DNA of 61,052 nucleotides from the NCBI GenBank assembly GCA_008632985.1, contig QPGO01000034.1:573311-634362 (forward strand), written 5' to 3'. Positions within the stretch are counted from its first letter, which is position 1. The number at the start of each line of letters is the position of its first letter. Source of the DNA: Psammoneis japonica. Taxonomy: Eukaryota. The translations under genes and the position numbers were made by a program. Below the pieces are notes generated by a model, which searched no databases, had not been told where the DNA came from, and saw only the letters and a program-made list of their open reading frames with translations. Below are positions 11,651 through 23,763 of this stretch, one piece after another.

Positions 11651-14285
11651 AAGGCATGCCAAGCAGAAAGAATTGCCATTGTCAGCTGTGTTGCTTGTTC
11701 CTGTCTCTCTGACATCATTTCTTCTTTTGCAGCACCCCCTCCTCTCTCACAGCAAGCTTGTCTCACCTGCTTCCTTCCTGTCACCACATGCTGCACACAT
11801 TGATCAAAGTGTTTTGCTTTTCAACTCTGCCACAAAGTGCTCTGAGTTGGCAGTGCAAGAGGTCACTGTTCATGATGGTGTGCACTCTTGAGCCGCCACC
11901 TGGCACCAATGCTGTGCAAAGTTGGCATGCTTCTCTCTGTGTGGCTTCTTGATTTTGCTCATGCCATCCTCTCACAAAAGCAGGCCTTCATTCTCTTGCC
12001 CCAGTGCTTCTGTTGCTGCCATCCACCTTGCATTGGTGCATGCTGGAGATCATTTCTGGCCTCCTCAGCTTGCTGCTCCAACACACAGAGCTGCTTTCTG
12101 CTTTTGCCACTGCTCTTGCTCATGATCTTGGTGCTTCTGTGAAGCATGATTGTGCTGGGAGCTCTGCACCAAAGCTGCAAAGATGATTTGGAGGTCACAG
12201 AGCACATGCTTGTGCTCTCATTTGACAGAAGCAGCACATGGCAGCAGAGAGACATCTCCAGCAAGCTCTGGCCCTCCCTTGTCCTTTTGGAGATTCAGCA
12301 ACAAGAAGTGCCAAAGCCATTCTTTGGTGTGAGGCACCAGCTCTCATCAACAACTGGGCTGCACCCCAAAGGGGTGCTGAAAACACTTTGCAGGGTGCTG
12401 CTTGGTTGTGGACAATGTGTGAGGATTCTTGGCTGGCCCTGCTGGGGTGGCAATGAGCTCTTGCTGGGTTGTGCTGCAGAGCATCTCAACTGCTTGCTTT
12501 TTGCACCCAAAACAGTCTCACAATTTTCCCCTTTGGCACCTTGTTCATCCCCCCTCCACCCCCACTTGTTTCTTCAAGATGCAGCAGGCAGGGCTCTCTG
12601 TGAGATCTGGCATGCGGTGCTGCCTTGGCTTCCTTTGCTCTGCCTCCTGCAGCCATCAGCGCTGTGGCTGGACACACTGCTTCTGCACAAACTCCTTGTC
12701 TGCATGTCACACTTTGCTTCAAAAAATGTTCCTTGCCCTTGAGCGCAGCCACCTTTGGCAATGGGGCTTGTGAAAAGTCATCAGCTCGCCCCCACTTTAA
12801 AACCCATGTTGCTTTTTCTGTGCTGCTTGGTGCATTGCAGGTGACTTTGTGCATTCTTGAGCCACCACCCTGACCAAGGCTGTGCCAAGTTGACTTGCTT
12901 CTCTTTGCACAGCCTCTTGGCTTCACTCATGTCATCATCACAAAAAAAACAATCTTTTGACGATTGTCATTTCTGGCCACCTCAGATGCTGCAGCATCTT
13001 CCCAAGCTTTTTTTGCCAACACAAAATGCCTGGATTTTGCCCTTCTTCTTGCTTCTTCCTTCTTGCTCTGCCTTTTGCAGCTGCCAGTGCTGCAGCTGGA
13101 CACTCTGCTTCTGCACAAGCTCCTTGTCTGCATTTGCACTTTGCCTCACATGCTGTTCCTTGTCCTGAAGTGCAGCTGCCTTTGGCAATGGATGGGTGCT
13201 TGTGCAGTTGTTGGTTCCCCCCCTTTGACATCCAGGTCACTTTTGCAAGCTGATGACAACTCCTCTCACTTCACTTGAGTCAAGCCAATCAAAATCCCAT
13301 GCCCACACCAGGGACATTGCCTGAAATGACTGAATTTTTGGTCACCTCAATTGTTTGTGGCAAGTGGAAGATCATGAGCATGAACAGAGCTGAACAACAC
13401 ATAAAAACATTGAGGACACTTTTGTTCAATGTGACTGGCAATGTCCAAATGAAGTCTTTCAGACATTTTGCTTGTTTTCCCACTCTCAAACTGCAAATTC
13501 TAAATCTTGAACTGTGCAGTTTCAGATTTGTAAATCTCAAACTAGACAGTTTCAGATTTGTCACAATCTCAGGCTAAATCTGAAACAAGGCAATTGCATC
13601 AGAGGCTGCAACACAAAAGTGCTCAACAAAATCCAATTGTTTGGCATGTTTCATCTGATGTCTCACTTGCTTTTCTTGCACAAGCTTCAATCAAATGCAT
13701 GCAATGTTTGATTTAATTGGGATCAAAATCTGTTTTTTGTGATGCATGGTTTGGTTTCCTTTTGATGGTCATCAATTTTGAACTTGGTTTTGCCTTTGTC
13801 TTCCCCACTCATGTGCATGTGTCTTGCACGTGTGCAGTCTGCTTCACGCACCCCACCCTCATTTTAAAAATTTTCTTCATGCTTCACAGCCCGCTGCTGG
13901 TCTGTGGTGTTTTCAGTGTTTTTTTTTTACATGTGCAATTTTCCACACACTTCACAACAGCGCACCGTTGCAAAAAACGAGAGCATGCGCTGTTGTGGTT
14001 CAGGTGGATTCTGTGTGTGATCACAAAATCTGCAAATTGACAACCTGCCATGGTGGTGAAAGACATCACCCCATTGGCCCATGACAGCAGCTCAATGCAT
14101 GGTGAGACCTGCTGTCCTTCTGGTTGGCAAAGACGGTTTTTGATTGGGGCGTTGCTTGAGTTTCATGATTGTGAGTGTGCTGCCATGAACCCACCACATC
14201 AAAAAAGCATCATCCAGAATGCCAAAACAGCACGCTGTTGTGTGCACGCACTTCACAATTTTTTCCGCAGCATTGATCGAGCATG

Positions 14286-15790
14286 TCAGAGTTTTGCATC
14301 TGGAGTTGTCGCAAGTCGCCACAAATGACACTCTTCAAACAAGGTGGCACTCACAAAAAGAGGTTCATTTGCATCTTGTGCATTCACTGACGTTGCATCT
14401 GTCTTCTCCAATTCTTGTGCACAGATCCAGAAAGACTGCAGAGGCAGAGAGTTGATGTTTGGGAGACCTGGCGGTGTGATTGTGCACATTGTTGGCATGG
14501 CGTACGTGTGGCATGTGGACATTGCATCCATCTCCTCCAATTCTTGTGCACAGATCCAGAAAGACTGCAGAGGCAGAGAGTTGATGTTTGGAAGACCTGG
14601 CAGCCTGATTGTGCATGCTGTTGGCACAGCATGTGGCCACAAGTGGGGATCAATCGCTTTTGGCCAGTGATGGCAAGCATGTGTTGTTCTTTTTTCTGCC
14701 CTGCCATTTTGAAAGTGTGTGTTGACTCCACAACAGGTCACATGCTGCCCTTGTTGGCACACCAAGTTGATGAATGCATTGTCTGCAAAACATCTGTTGG
14801 CATGACAGTGTTGGACATTTGCTCCAAGGCTTCTGGCGATGGCTTCACAAGCAACTTTGGCATGCAAGGTTTCTTCCAAGGTGGTCAATTTTTGTAATTA
14901 CACAAATGACAGGTTGCTGCAATGGTCAATGAATGCCATGATGCAGCAACATCATTGTCATGCTGGCATGCCCTTGAGTTGGGCCATCAGCCCAGGTGTG
15001 GTTGCATCGAGTTGGTTGACAGACACCACTTGGACAGCAGCTGTGGCCTGGAAGATTTTGGTTTGTTGCATGCCCTTGGTTCACCGTGGTGCTTTGGTGG
15101 CTTTGCTGCAGCAGCATGCAGCACACATGGGTGCACGGCAATCAGCGAGGTGCTTGGGTGGATTGCTGGAACAAGCCACATGCTTGATGTGTGAGAATGG
15201 CAAGTGTCCAAGTCAGCAGTGCCAGAGCAGCAGTTTGTTGGTGGGAGTCAAGTTGGCTGGGAACGGCTCATCTTCAATGACTGGGATGCCAATGTTTGCA
15301 TCAGAGAAGGCTGCTGCATTGGCGGTCATGGCTTCTGTTGTTGTTGCAGGAGCCGTGACGGCAGATGGATGCACAGGCATTGCATCAGCTGTTGTGGTGC
15401 TGTTGTCAATGGCTTCATCAAATGTGCAGCATTTGGGTGGTGCAGTGGTCTGTGCCTCAGACAAGTCTTCAGGTTCGGGTTCAATGATGTGTGCATTTTG
15501 AAACACTTTTGGTTCTCGGGATTGCAGGTTGCACTCAAGCTCAAATTTGTTGTGTTTGTCGTAGAATGGAGCAGAGTGAAAGACCGGTGCATTTGCTTGG
15601 GAGAGTGGCACAATGCAAGAGCATTTCTCGTCTTGTCATCAAAGGATTGTTTGATCATGCAGTGTCTTTTCATGAGTGCCGTCCAGACTGTTGGAAACTG
15701 GAGCTTGTGTCTCTGGACTTGTGCCTCTGGATGGCAAGCCTCGGGCATCATGGTGTTGTTTCCGTCAGCATCATTTAAATAAAACGCAAA
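14286..15790 (-). mobile_element. Ty1/Copia (CoDi-like) GAG-pre-integrase and integrase remnant
   Basis: LLLWHC*LGHLPFS, CRAPMCAAC, VVSVNQLDATTPGLMAQLKG, EETLHAKVACEA, VQHCHANRCFADNAF, TCCGVNTHFQNGRAEKR, LWPHAV. Contains a 129-bp-period internal duplication at about 14394-14630. Confidence 0.85.
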
Positions 15791-17869
15791 CAACAAAACA
15801 GAACATTTGCAACAAAAATGATTTTAATTTGCAGGTTTTGTGGGAATGGAGGGTGGGCACTCTCACAGGGAAAAGGGCTGGCTGTTTCATGGTTAAAGGT
15901 GGCATCTCATGGGACAGGTGGGGGCTCCACAGCAACAAAAAGTCATCTGTCACAAACACAAAATTATTGCCATGTACACAACTGTCAAGGTTTAAAACCA
16001 CAGCCATTTTAACTGTGATGCATTAAAAAATTCACTGTGAGAAAGTCAATCTGGATCACTGTGCAGTGCACTCTGATGTGTCGGGTGACAAAATGTGCCA
16101 GAGTTCTTGGCCAGTTCACTTTCTGTGTGGCCTGGTGCAACCCAAATCTGTGCAGACTCAGCACATTTTGACCTGTGGAAGTTTTCTGGCTTGCGGCTCA
16201 AAACAACACAAAAATGACACGGACAACGGCATTTTGCGGATTTGAAAAATGCAGTTGTCTCTGGGTGGGATAAAAACCCAAACACTTGCAACGGAATCTG
16301 TTGTGTTGTGTTGTGTCATTGTGTGCCAGACAAGCTCTGGAACACTTGGGTTCACATGGGTGGATCATGGTGAAGTTTCGTGCTGAAGATCAGCATTGAG
16401 AGCACTGTTTCTGTCACATTTTGATGCACCTGATGCATCGCCATTCATGCTGTGTGTTTTGTTCAGGCTTTTGACATTTGCATCTTTTCAACTTGCATGT
16501 GTTTTCTCTTTCTACATTGTTCTTTTTTGTTGTGATCATTGCATTTTCCCAAGAAGACCAACAAACATGGTGAGAAGCAAGAAATGGAGGGAAGGGTCAG
16601 AGGCAGAAGCTCTTCTGAAAGCAAACCTTGCAGATGGCATCCATGAAACAATGCAACCAAAAGAGCTGTGGAATTCTCGAGATGAACACAAAGAACTCAA
16701 GCTGGGTGCATTTTGGGGCACATTTGTCAAGAAGTGCAGTTGGCGAAGTTTGTCAATTTTCAGAAGAAAAAGCAGAAGAAAAAGGCTGCAAAATGAGCCA
16801 GGTTGAATGCCGTTGATGACTGACAAGAAGGGCTGCATTGTGGCCACTGTGTTGTTCTGTTAGATTGTGACTTGTGCAATTTTGAGTGCCCCAAAGACTT
16901 GGCAATGGTGCTTTCTGAAAAACTTTTGTGGCCAAGGTCTGCACATCAACAAAGCAATCATTTGCACATGACAACTCTTTGGTTGGAAGGGATTGGGAGC
17001 CAGTGCATGTCACATGGTGCCAGCCCTTTGCACGGTCAAAGGGATCTGTCACAAATGGCAAAGACCCCATTGTTTTTCATTGTCTTGACGGCTTTGTCAA
17101 TCTCAAACTGTGGCATTGTCAAAATCCATCTTAAACTGTGTCACCAAAAATCACGAAATCTCAAAGACAAAATCAAAACCCGAAACCACATTGTCTGAAT
17201 CTTAAGAGGGGTCACCCCCTCGTTCATCCTAGAATCGCCGTGCAATTTGAGTGAGGCTGTTGCTTGTCAGTGTTTGTTTTTGAATGCAAAAATCATCCAG
17301 ATTCCCACCCAATCATGCATGAAAACGAAAAGCATCAGCACCATGATCGAAGCATGACGATGATGCAATCGTCGACATTTCTCAAAAACGCAGCATTCCG
17401 CCTCTGTGCCATCATCTGATGCTGATCACACAATGCATGGCAAGCACAACACCAATGAGAGCACGGAGCCCACACACTTCTGTCACACACTTGTGGCTTG
17501 GAGCATCTTCGCCAGTGAGTCGCAGCAAACACAACCACAAATGCAGGAACATGACCTGACAGGACAAGCAAACAGACCACCACATTTAGGCACACAACTT
17601 GGGAAAAAGCATCCTCGTCAGTCAGTCATAAACTCATGTTTGCATTTGCACTCTACACTCCAGTCCAAGCAGTCGAATTCTTGGTGCACCATTTTTTTCT
17701 GCATCCAGCATTGTGCAGCGCCCCTGTCAAAGACTCTTTGGCACACATCACAACACACAGCTGCATCTTGACAAGTCGCACGCACCATGAATCCTGTCCT
17801 CCGGCTGCCGCCACTTGCACTTGGCACTGCAATGCTCTGCATCTGCACTCTCCTCTTGGAGGAAACATG

Positions 17870-18509
17870 GAGTGTTGGAGACACTGAGAACGTTGCGGGG
17901 GTGGTGCAAGCCATTCTCAATGCAAGGCTGTCCAGGAAAGTCAACAAGAGGAAATGCCATGCCGGCACAAACATCTGTGATGAAGAAGAGCAGCGTGGTG
18001 AGAAACGTGCCAAGCCTGATTGTGGTGCAGGTTTTTCTGCCATCACAAGACACTGCCTCGGCTCAGATGATGTCATGCTGCGTTTCAACAACAAGCAGTT
18101 CAAGCACACCTTCAGAATCATGAGGATGATGTGTCAAGACATTCTCAATCAGCTCTGTGGGCATGACAGGTTTTTCATTCACAAATTCAATGCTGCTGAA
18201 AAGCCTGGCATCTGCCCAGAAGTGAAACTCCTGGCTGCTCTCAAGACTGTTTGTTGTGGTGTGTCTGCCAACTGTTTCTCTGATTGCTTTGAAATGGGAG
18301 AAACAGCAATGGGTGGTTCAGTGAAACACTTTTCACAAGGAGCAAGGCACTCATGTGGCAAGACTCACCTGAGGAAGATGACCCAAACCAATGCTCATTG
18401 GATGACCAAGCTGCATGAGGATGCATTTGGTGTGCAAGGATTCTTGGGATGCCTCGACTGCATGCATGTGTTCTGGAAGAACTGTCCCATGTCATGGAAA
18501 GGACAGTTT
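17870..18509 (+). mobile_element. PIF/Harbinger-type DDE transposase, N-terminal half, truncated after WKGQF
   Basis: FKHTFRI, GICPEVKLLAALKTVCCGVS, FSDCFEMGET, HLRKMT, GFLGCLDCMHVFWKNCPMSWKGQF (family pattern G.LGSLDCMH..WKNCP.AW.GQ). Confidence 0.88.
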
Positions 18510-20019
18510 AGATTCTTCCTTGACAGCCTTGAACTTGGCAGGGATCTCAATGTCTTCATCAGAATCATCAGACAACAAGCTCTCATCATCTGCCTGAAGT
18601 TCAGCACGCCTCACCTCCAGAGCCGTCTTGACATGTGGAGGCATCTCCCCGCCATTTTCAGCTGCATGTTTGGCTGCAACTTTCTCAGCCTTTTTGAGAG
18701 CTTCAACTGCAGTGCGTGGAATCACAATGCAGTGAATGCCATTGCAACAACAGAGGCCACAGTCAGCACCGTGGAGACAGTGTGCCTCACAATCTGATTT
18801 TTGTGATGCACCAAACTGAAAAGCTGTTAGAGGGAGGAAGCCTGCGAGGATTCCACATCCCTTTTGCACTGACAATTTGTAATTTTTGTTTGCGATTCTG
18901 GAAGGTGGATCGCATCCAAGGCCTGATTTGCGGCTCACTTTCATGAATCGTAAATTTGAAAAGGGTCATTGGAGCGAAAAGTGTGTTTGCGATCCACCAA
19001 AAATGATGATTTTTTGTGAATCTCAATCGCATTGGAAGATGTGCGGACACAGGTTTGTGTTTGCGACTCACTGGCAGAGATGCTCTTGCAGTTTTCACCA
19101 CGGTGAAGCACGGTGAAATTCAGAAAAAATCATGCAAATCACAAGCCATTCGGCCAAATTTGAGCCACAAAAAGTGGCGACTGACCACTCTTAAACTGTG
19201 TTGTCAAAAATTGCAAAATCTTGAAGAAAACATCAAAGTCTTAAACTGTGTTGTCTAAATGACAAACCATGCAGTTTGAGATTTGTCTGAATCTTGAGGA
19301 TGGGTTGTCATGCAGCTTTTTTTTTTTGACAGCTCATGATTTTTTTAATTTTCTTGCACTTCGCCCACTTTGTTTTGTGATGCATCTGAGCACCCCCAAA
19401 TGCTTGTGAGCGTGCCTGGCCCCCATCAGGGCCATCAGACCTGTGTGTGAACTCTGCACATTTCAACCTTCAAATGCCAGTCATCGGATTCGGCTCAGTT
19501 GTTGTGTTCAACAAACTGCTTTTTTTCACCAAAGACATGCTGCATTTGCAGGAGACAAGCCATGACTTTCCAGGAAATGCCAACAATTGGCACTTGACTT
19601 GCTGCAGACATGTCCACAGTCATTGAGCCAAAGATCCCGCATGGTCACAACCATTCCCAGCACTTTCTATGATGTTTTTCGAAGGGACAAAGTTCAGCCC
19701 ATCGCTGATTTTTTTTTTGCAAACATGTGCATTGTCAGTGCAACAAATCCGGGTTATTTTCAAACATTTGTGAGTTCCAAAAACAATGTCGACTGCTGCA
19801 CAACGATCCATCCTCAAACCGCACTGCACACATTTGAGATTTCAAAATCTCAAGCTGGACCTGTCAACTCTGAAGCTGCGAGTTGTCTTGCAGAAGGGAC
19901 AAATGGAGAATGACCAAAGAGTGTTTTTGTGACTTTCGCAGTCGATGAAAGTTTTGTCCAAAAGGACTCTTCATCAAACGATTTCTCAGCATGGTCATTT
20001 GATGCATTGATGAATTGCT

Positions 20020-20290
20020 GTCCATCTGTGTTTCCCCCCTGCCCTGACCCCAAACCAACTGGAGACAAACAGGTGAGACAAAGTCAGGGTTTGGGGCCAA
20101 CCACTTTCAGAATGACCAAATTCGCAAGCAGTCTTTGTGTGCAAAACAGAGCGCAATGACTTTTGCATGGTTCGGGGTTTCACAAAAATTGCTTTGTTCA
20201 CTCACACAAAACATTTGCAGTTTCGCGTTGCCTTGGTCATTTTTGGGTTGGGATGCCATCAACTCCTGGCCAATGAGCCATGTGCAGGGG
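20020..20290 (+). repeat. Dispersed non-coding repeat, probably Helitron-associated
   Basis: CCATCTGTG..GTCAGGGTTT.GGG..ACCACTTTCA.AATGACCAAATT.GCAAG recurs at about 55995-56146 and 56295-56550, and inverted at 42555-42574 plus 47917-48020 (split by the Gypsy insertion). Confidence 0.85.
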
Positions 20291-21002
20291 TCGTGAGTCC
20301 CAAAAAGGGTTTGGGCCAATTTCTGGCACAAAACTCATGCAGAAAATTCATGCAGCAATGTCTTGTTCATTGTGCTTTCCCCATGCTTTGCAAAAAATGG
20401 GCCACAACCTCAAGAAATTGTTTTCAGACACAACGACTGACATTTTGTGCACTCATTTTTTATGACAAACACGACAATGTCCGCTGTTCTGCGAAATTCC
20501 ATCATTGGAAAATGTTCACCATGGTGAGACCGCAGTGAAACATTGATCAAATTTCTGAAAATGGAATTTTGAAGTGTTCACACACAGAACAGTGTTGCTT
20601 GTGTGAAAGTCATCATGCAAAGTGTCAATGGTTTCAGGGAAAAATGATTCCTCGAGGCATCGGTGGAGCGGAGAAGCACGGCAGAAGCACGAGAAAAAAA
20701 TCAGCCCAAACCCTGATTTTTGTGATTTTTTCTACGTAAAATTTCTGCATGATTTTTGCACCAGTGCACGTGGCTTGCTGATTGGCTGTTTTTCCATTTT
20801 GAGGTCATTTGCATTAAATGTTTGAGTGCCAGTTGCTTTTGTCTTTTTTTGTGCCCCCAATCTGTGGATGTGACATGTCACTTTTTTCCGTTGTGATGGA
20901 TTTTTGAATTTTGTGCTTTTTGCACATGCTCGCTTTCAAACCAGAGATTGTGAGTGCAAACAACTTGCTCAACTGCCTTGTTTCCATGCCTGACAAGGAC
21001 AA

Positions 21003-21335
21003 TCACATGATGCAAGCCCAGGCTGTTGCTGCATTGTAAAAAATCATTGTCCAACGATTGCAGTCTTCAGCTGTGATGCCTTGCATGGTCATTTGCAGCT
21101 GGAGCCTGACAGCCTTCTTCTTGGAGCCCTCTTCTTGTGTGCTCCTGAAGCAACCAAGGAGCTCCCTCAATGCCAATGAGGTGCCCTTTCTTGTTGTCAC
21201 TCTGGACAGAGCCACACAAACCCAGTTGTCTCTGCAGTCAAAGTTGTTGACAACCTGGCTCCATGAGGCAAAGCAGCCTCCATGTTGAACAAAAAGAAGC
21301 CTCTCTTTGCACTCAAATGACTGGCACTTTGGCAA
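21003..21335 (-). mobile_element. Helitron-like Pif1 helicase C-terminal fragment
   Basis: NWVCVALSRVTTRKG corresponds to helicase motif VI (YVALSRV). Nucleotide similarity to about 56720-57090. Confidence 0.7.
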
Positions 21336-22350
21336 ACAACATTGTTCAGCTTGCGGTTGTGGACAGAGACAACAAGGTCCAATTCTCTGGGCACCTGAAC
21401 AAGGACATGTGGGGAGCAGATTGCTGGCAGATCAAAAGGTCCTCGACCCTCAGATGTTGCCATGAGAGTCAGAAAAAACAACAAAGATCCAGAGGAGAAT
21501 GGCTGGCCTGTCGGGATTTGTCTGATCACAACAAATGAAAACACCACCAAATCATGTCCCCAGCTTTGTCAATCAAAAATTGGGTGACAATGCGCAAAGA
21601 CAACGAGCCCAAGGCAGAGCACATTGTCGATGATGTGATGCGCTGCGCCATGTTGTGCACTCTCCACCTGTTGCACCTGGCCATTTGTGGGCTGCCAGCA
21701 CCATCATCAAGTTGATCAGAGAGGCACATGATGAAGACGATGCTGATGAGACATTTTGTGAAACTTGCGCGGACATCGCAAGAAGCTCATGGTTTGCCAT
21801 CGGCGCATGTCCAAACGAAGCAGAAGAGCGTGGCTGCAGGTGTCCCTCTCCCTGACATTTCAACAAACATGATGTCATGGTGTTGTTTGAAGCATCCAAC
21901 ATTTTTGCTTGATGTTTGCAAACAAAGAGACAATGTGACACAGCTGTTCAGCAAAGCGCCCAATTTCAGTGGCCAGCGCCGCCCATCTCGTTTGTTCTCC
22001 TGCAGCTCTCTGGTTAACTGGTGAGGTGCAGTTGCAGTTCTAAGTTGATGGACTGGAATGGCTTTGCCAGCAGATGCGCAAGCCTCATTCCCAAAACCCA
22101 AGCTGGAACGGCAGGGCCTTCCAGCGCGGGCGGGAGAGGTGGGAGCGTCAAAAACTGTCTTGCGGCTGTTGCTCTTGGTTGCTCTTTGGAAGAATGAGAG
22201 GAGCAAGTGGAAGAGCAAATGGCCGTTGCTCTGGTCTTGCAAAAGCGCGTTCAAATTGTTGAACGGCTAGAAATGACCCAACGGTCAAAAACGGGCCACA
22301 ACGGCCAGGCGTGGGTCATTTCGCTTCGTCGAACGTCGTGAGGTTGGCGG

Positions 22351-23763
22351 CTAGCGCCGCCCGTCTCGTTTGTTCTCCTGCAGCTCTCTAGTTAACTGGT
22401 GAGGTGCAATTGCAGTTCCAAGTTGATGGACTGGAATGGCTTTGCCAGCGGATGCGCAAGCCTCATTCCCAAAACCCAAGCTGGAACGGCAGGGCCTTCC
22501 AGCACCACCCACAGTGCCATGCACTTGAGGGCATGCACCATTGGGAGGGTGGGTGGGTGAGGCTGGAGGGCTGTGGGAGATCCAGTCCTGGGGATCCTTG
22601 GGATTCACAGGGACGTCGGCATTCGGATGGAGGACGAAGTCACCACCAGCAAGCATGTCACGAGCAAAGTTGTGCATGACGGGCTCGGCTTGCAAGTGAA
22701 GGTAGCGCAACATTTTGTCAGATCGCCAATGGCCCAAGAGCCAGATGAGGTCAGTGTCAACATTGGCGCAGAGAGGCGCCATGGCGCCAGCGGTGCGAAG
22801 ACAGCAAGCAGTGACATCTCGGGTGTTGAATCCGAGATTCGCCGGACCACAAGCAACCACAGCAGTGTGCAATGCGCCAGTGATGTCGGCAGGTGACACA
22901 CGTCGCCAGGCGCCATTTTGAAAATAGACGCCTGGAGGGGTGTCGGGGAGCGCGCCATGCATCCGAAGATGCTGGACGCGACAGACGAGTGCCTTGGTTG
23001 GGCACAGGTTGGGGTGCCCCGAAAGGCCGAGTCCCAAAACTTCTCTGCGGACGCCATTCTTTTGTGTTGCGAAGGCAAGAGTGGCGAATGTGGCAGCATC
23101 AAGCTGAGCATCGGGGGCTTGGAAGGTGTCGAGGTAGATGTTTCCAGATGCTGGGCGGACATCGGCAAGACGGAACGGTGCAGTGTCGGATGGGGTGGCA
23201 GTGTGTTCGCCAGGGTGCAGCAAACAAAAGAAGGCAATGGCAATCATGTCGGCAACGGCGTTGGTGCCGGGATCGTTGCTGTTGGCTGCAGCATGCACAA
23301 TCCAGGTGAGGATGACGACGGGGACCGGTTTGACACGGTCGGGCGGTGGATCCTCTTTCTTGTAGAAACAGACTTGGCGGGTAAGGCGGAAATCCATGCC
23401 GCCTTGGGGTGTGTGGCGCGGGTCCGAGGACCCCATGGCAGCGAACGTTTGGCCAACCGACCGTGCGGCATCCTCAGCGGTTCGTCCGTGGACGGGATTG
23501 CCGCGTGGGGCAATGGCTCCGGTTCGGCATCGGTGGAGGAAGACTTGCAAGAAGACAACGGGGTCGTCGACGTCTTGGAGCAGAGGGTCGAGGGCCACAG
23601 TGGTGCAGAACTCTCGCCATTTGTCCCAATGGGTGTTGGCGGCGGCGGCGCGCAAATCGGTGACACCGTGGGCAACGGCATGCTGAGCAGTGTTGAGGTC
23701 ACAAAGGAATTCAGCTCGGGTGGTGGCGTCCAAAGGCGCCAGGAGAGTTGCTGTGGATGACAA
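22351..23763 (-). pseudogene. Tyrosine recombinase of the Ngaro element (hypermutated but frame open)
   Basis: IAFFCLLHPGEHT (cf. FFYLLRPGEYT), FATQKNG, CLRTAGAMA, LLGHWRSDKMLRYLH. The first catalytic Arg appears changed to His. Confidence 0.88.

Noticed and set aside
11700..13300. Decayed charged-protein-like region with a ~110-bp duplication (about 12640-12740 and 13075-13180)
   Set aside because: No recognisable motif; cannot assign a product.
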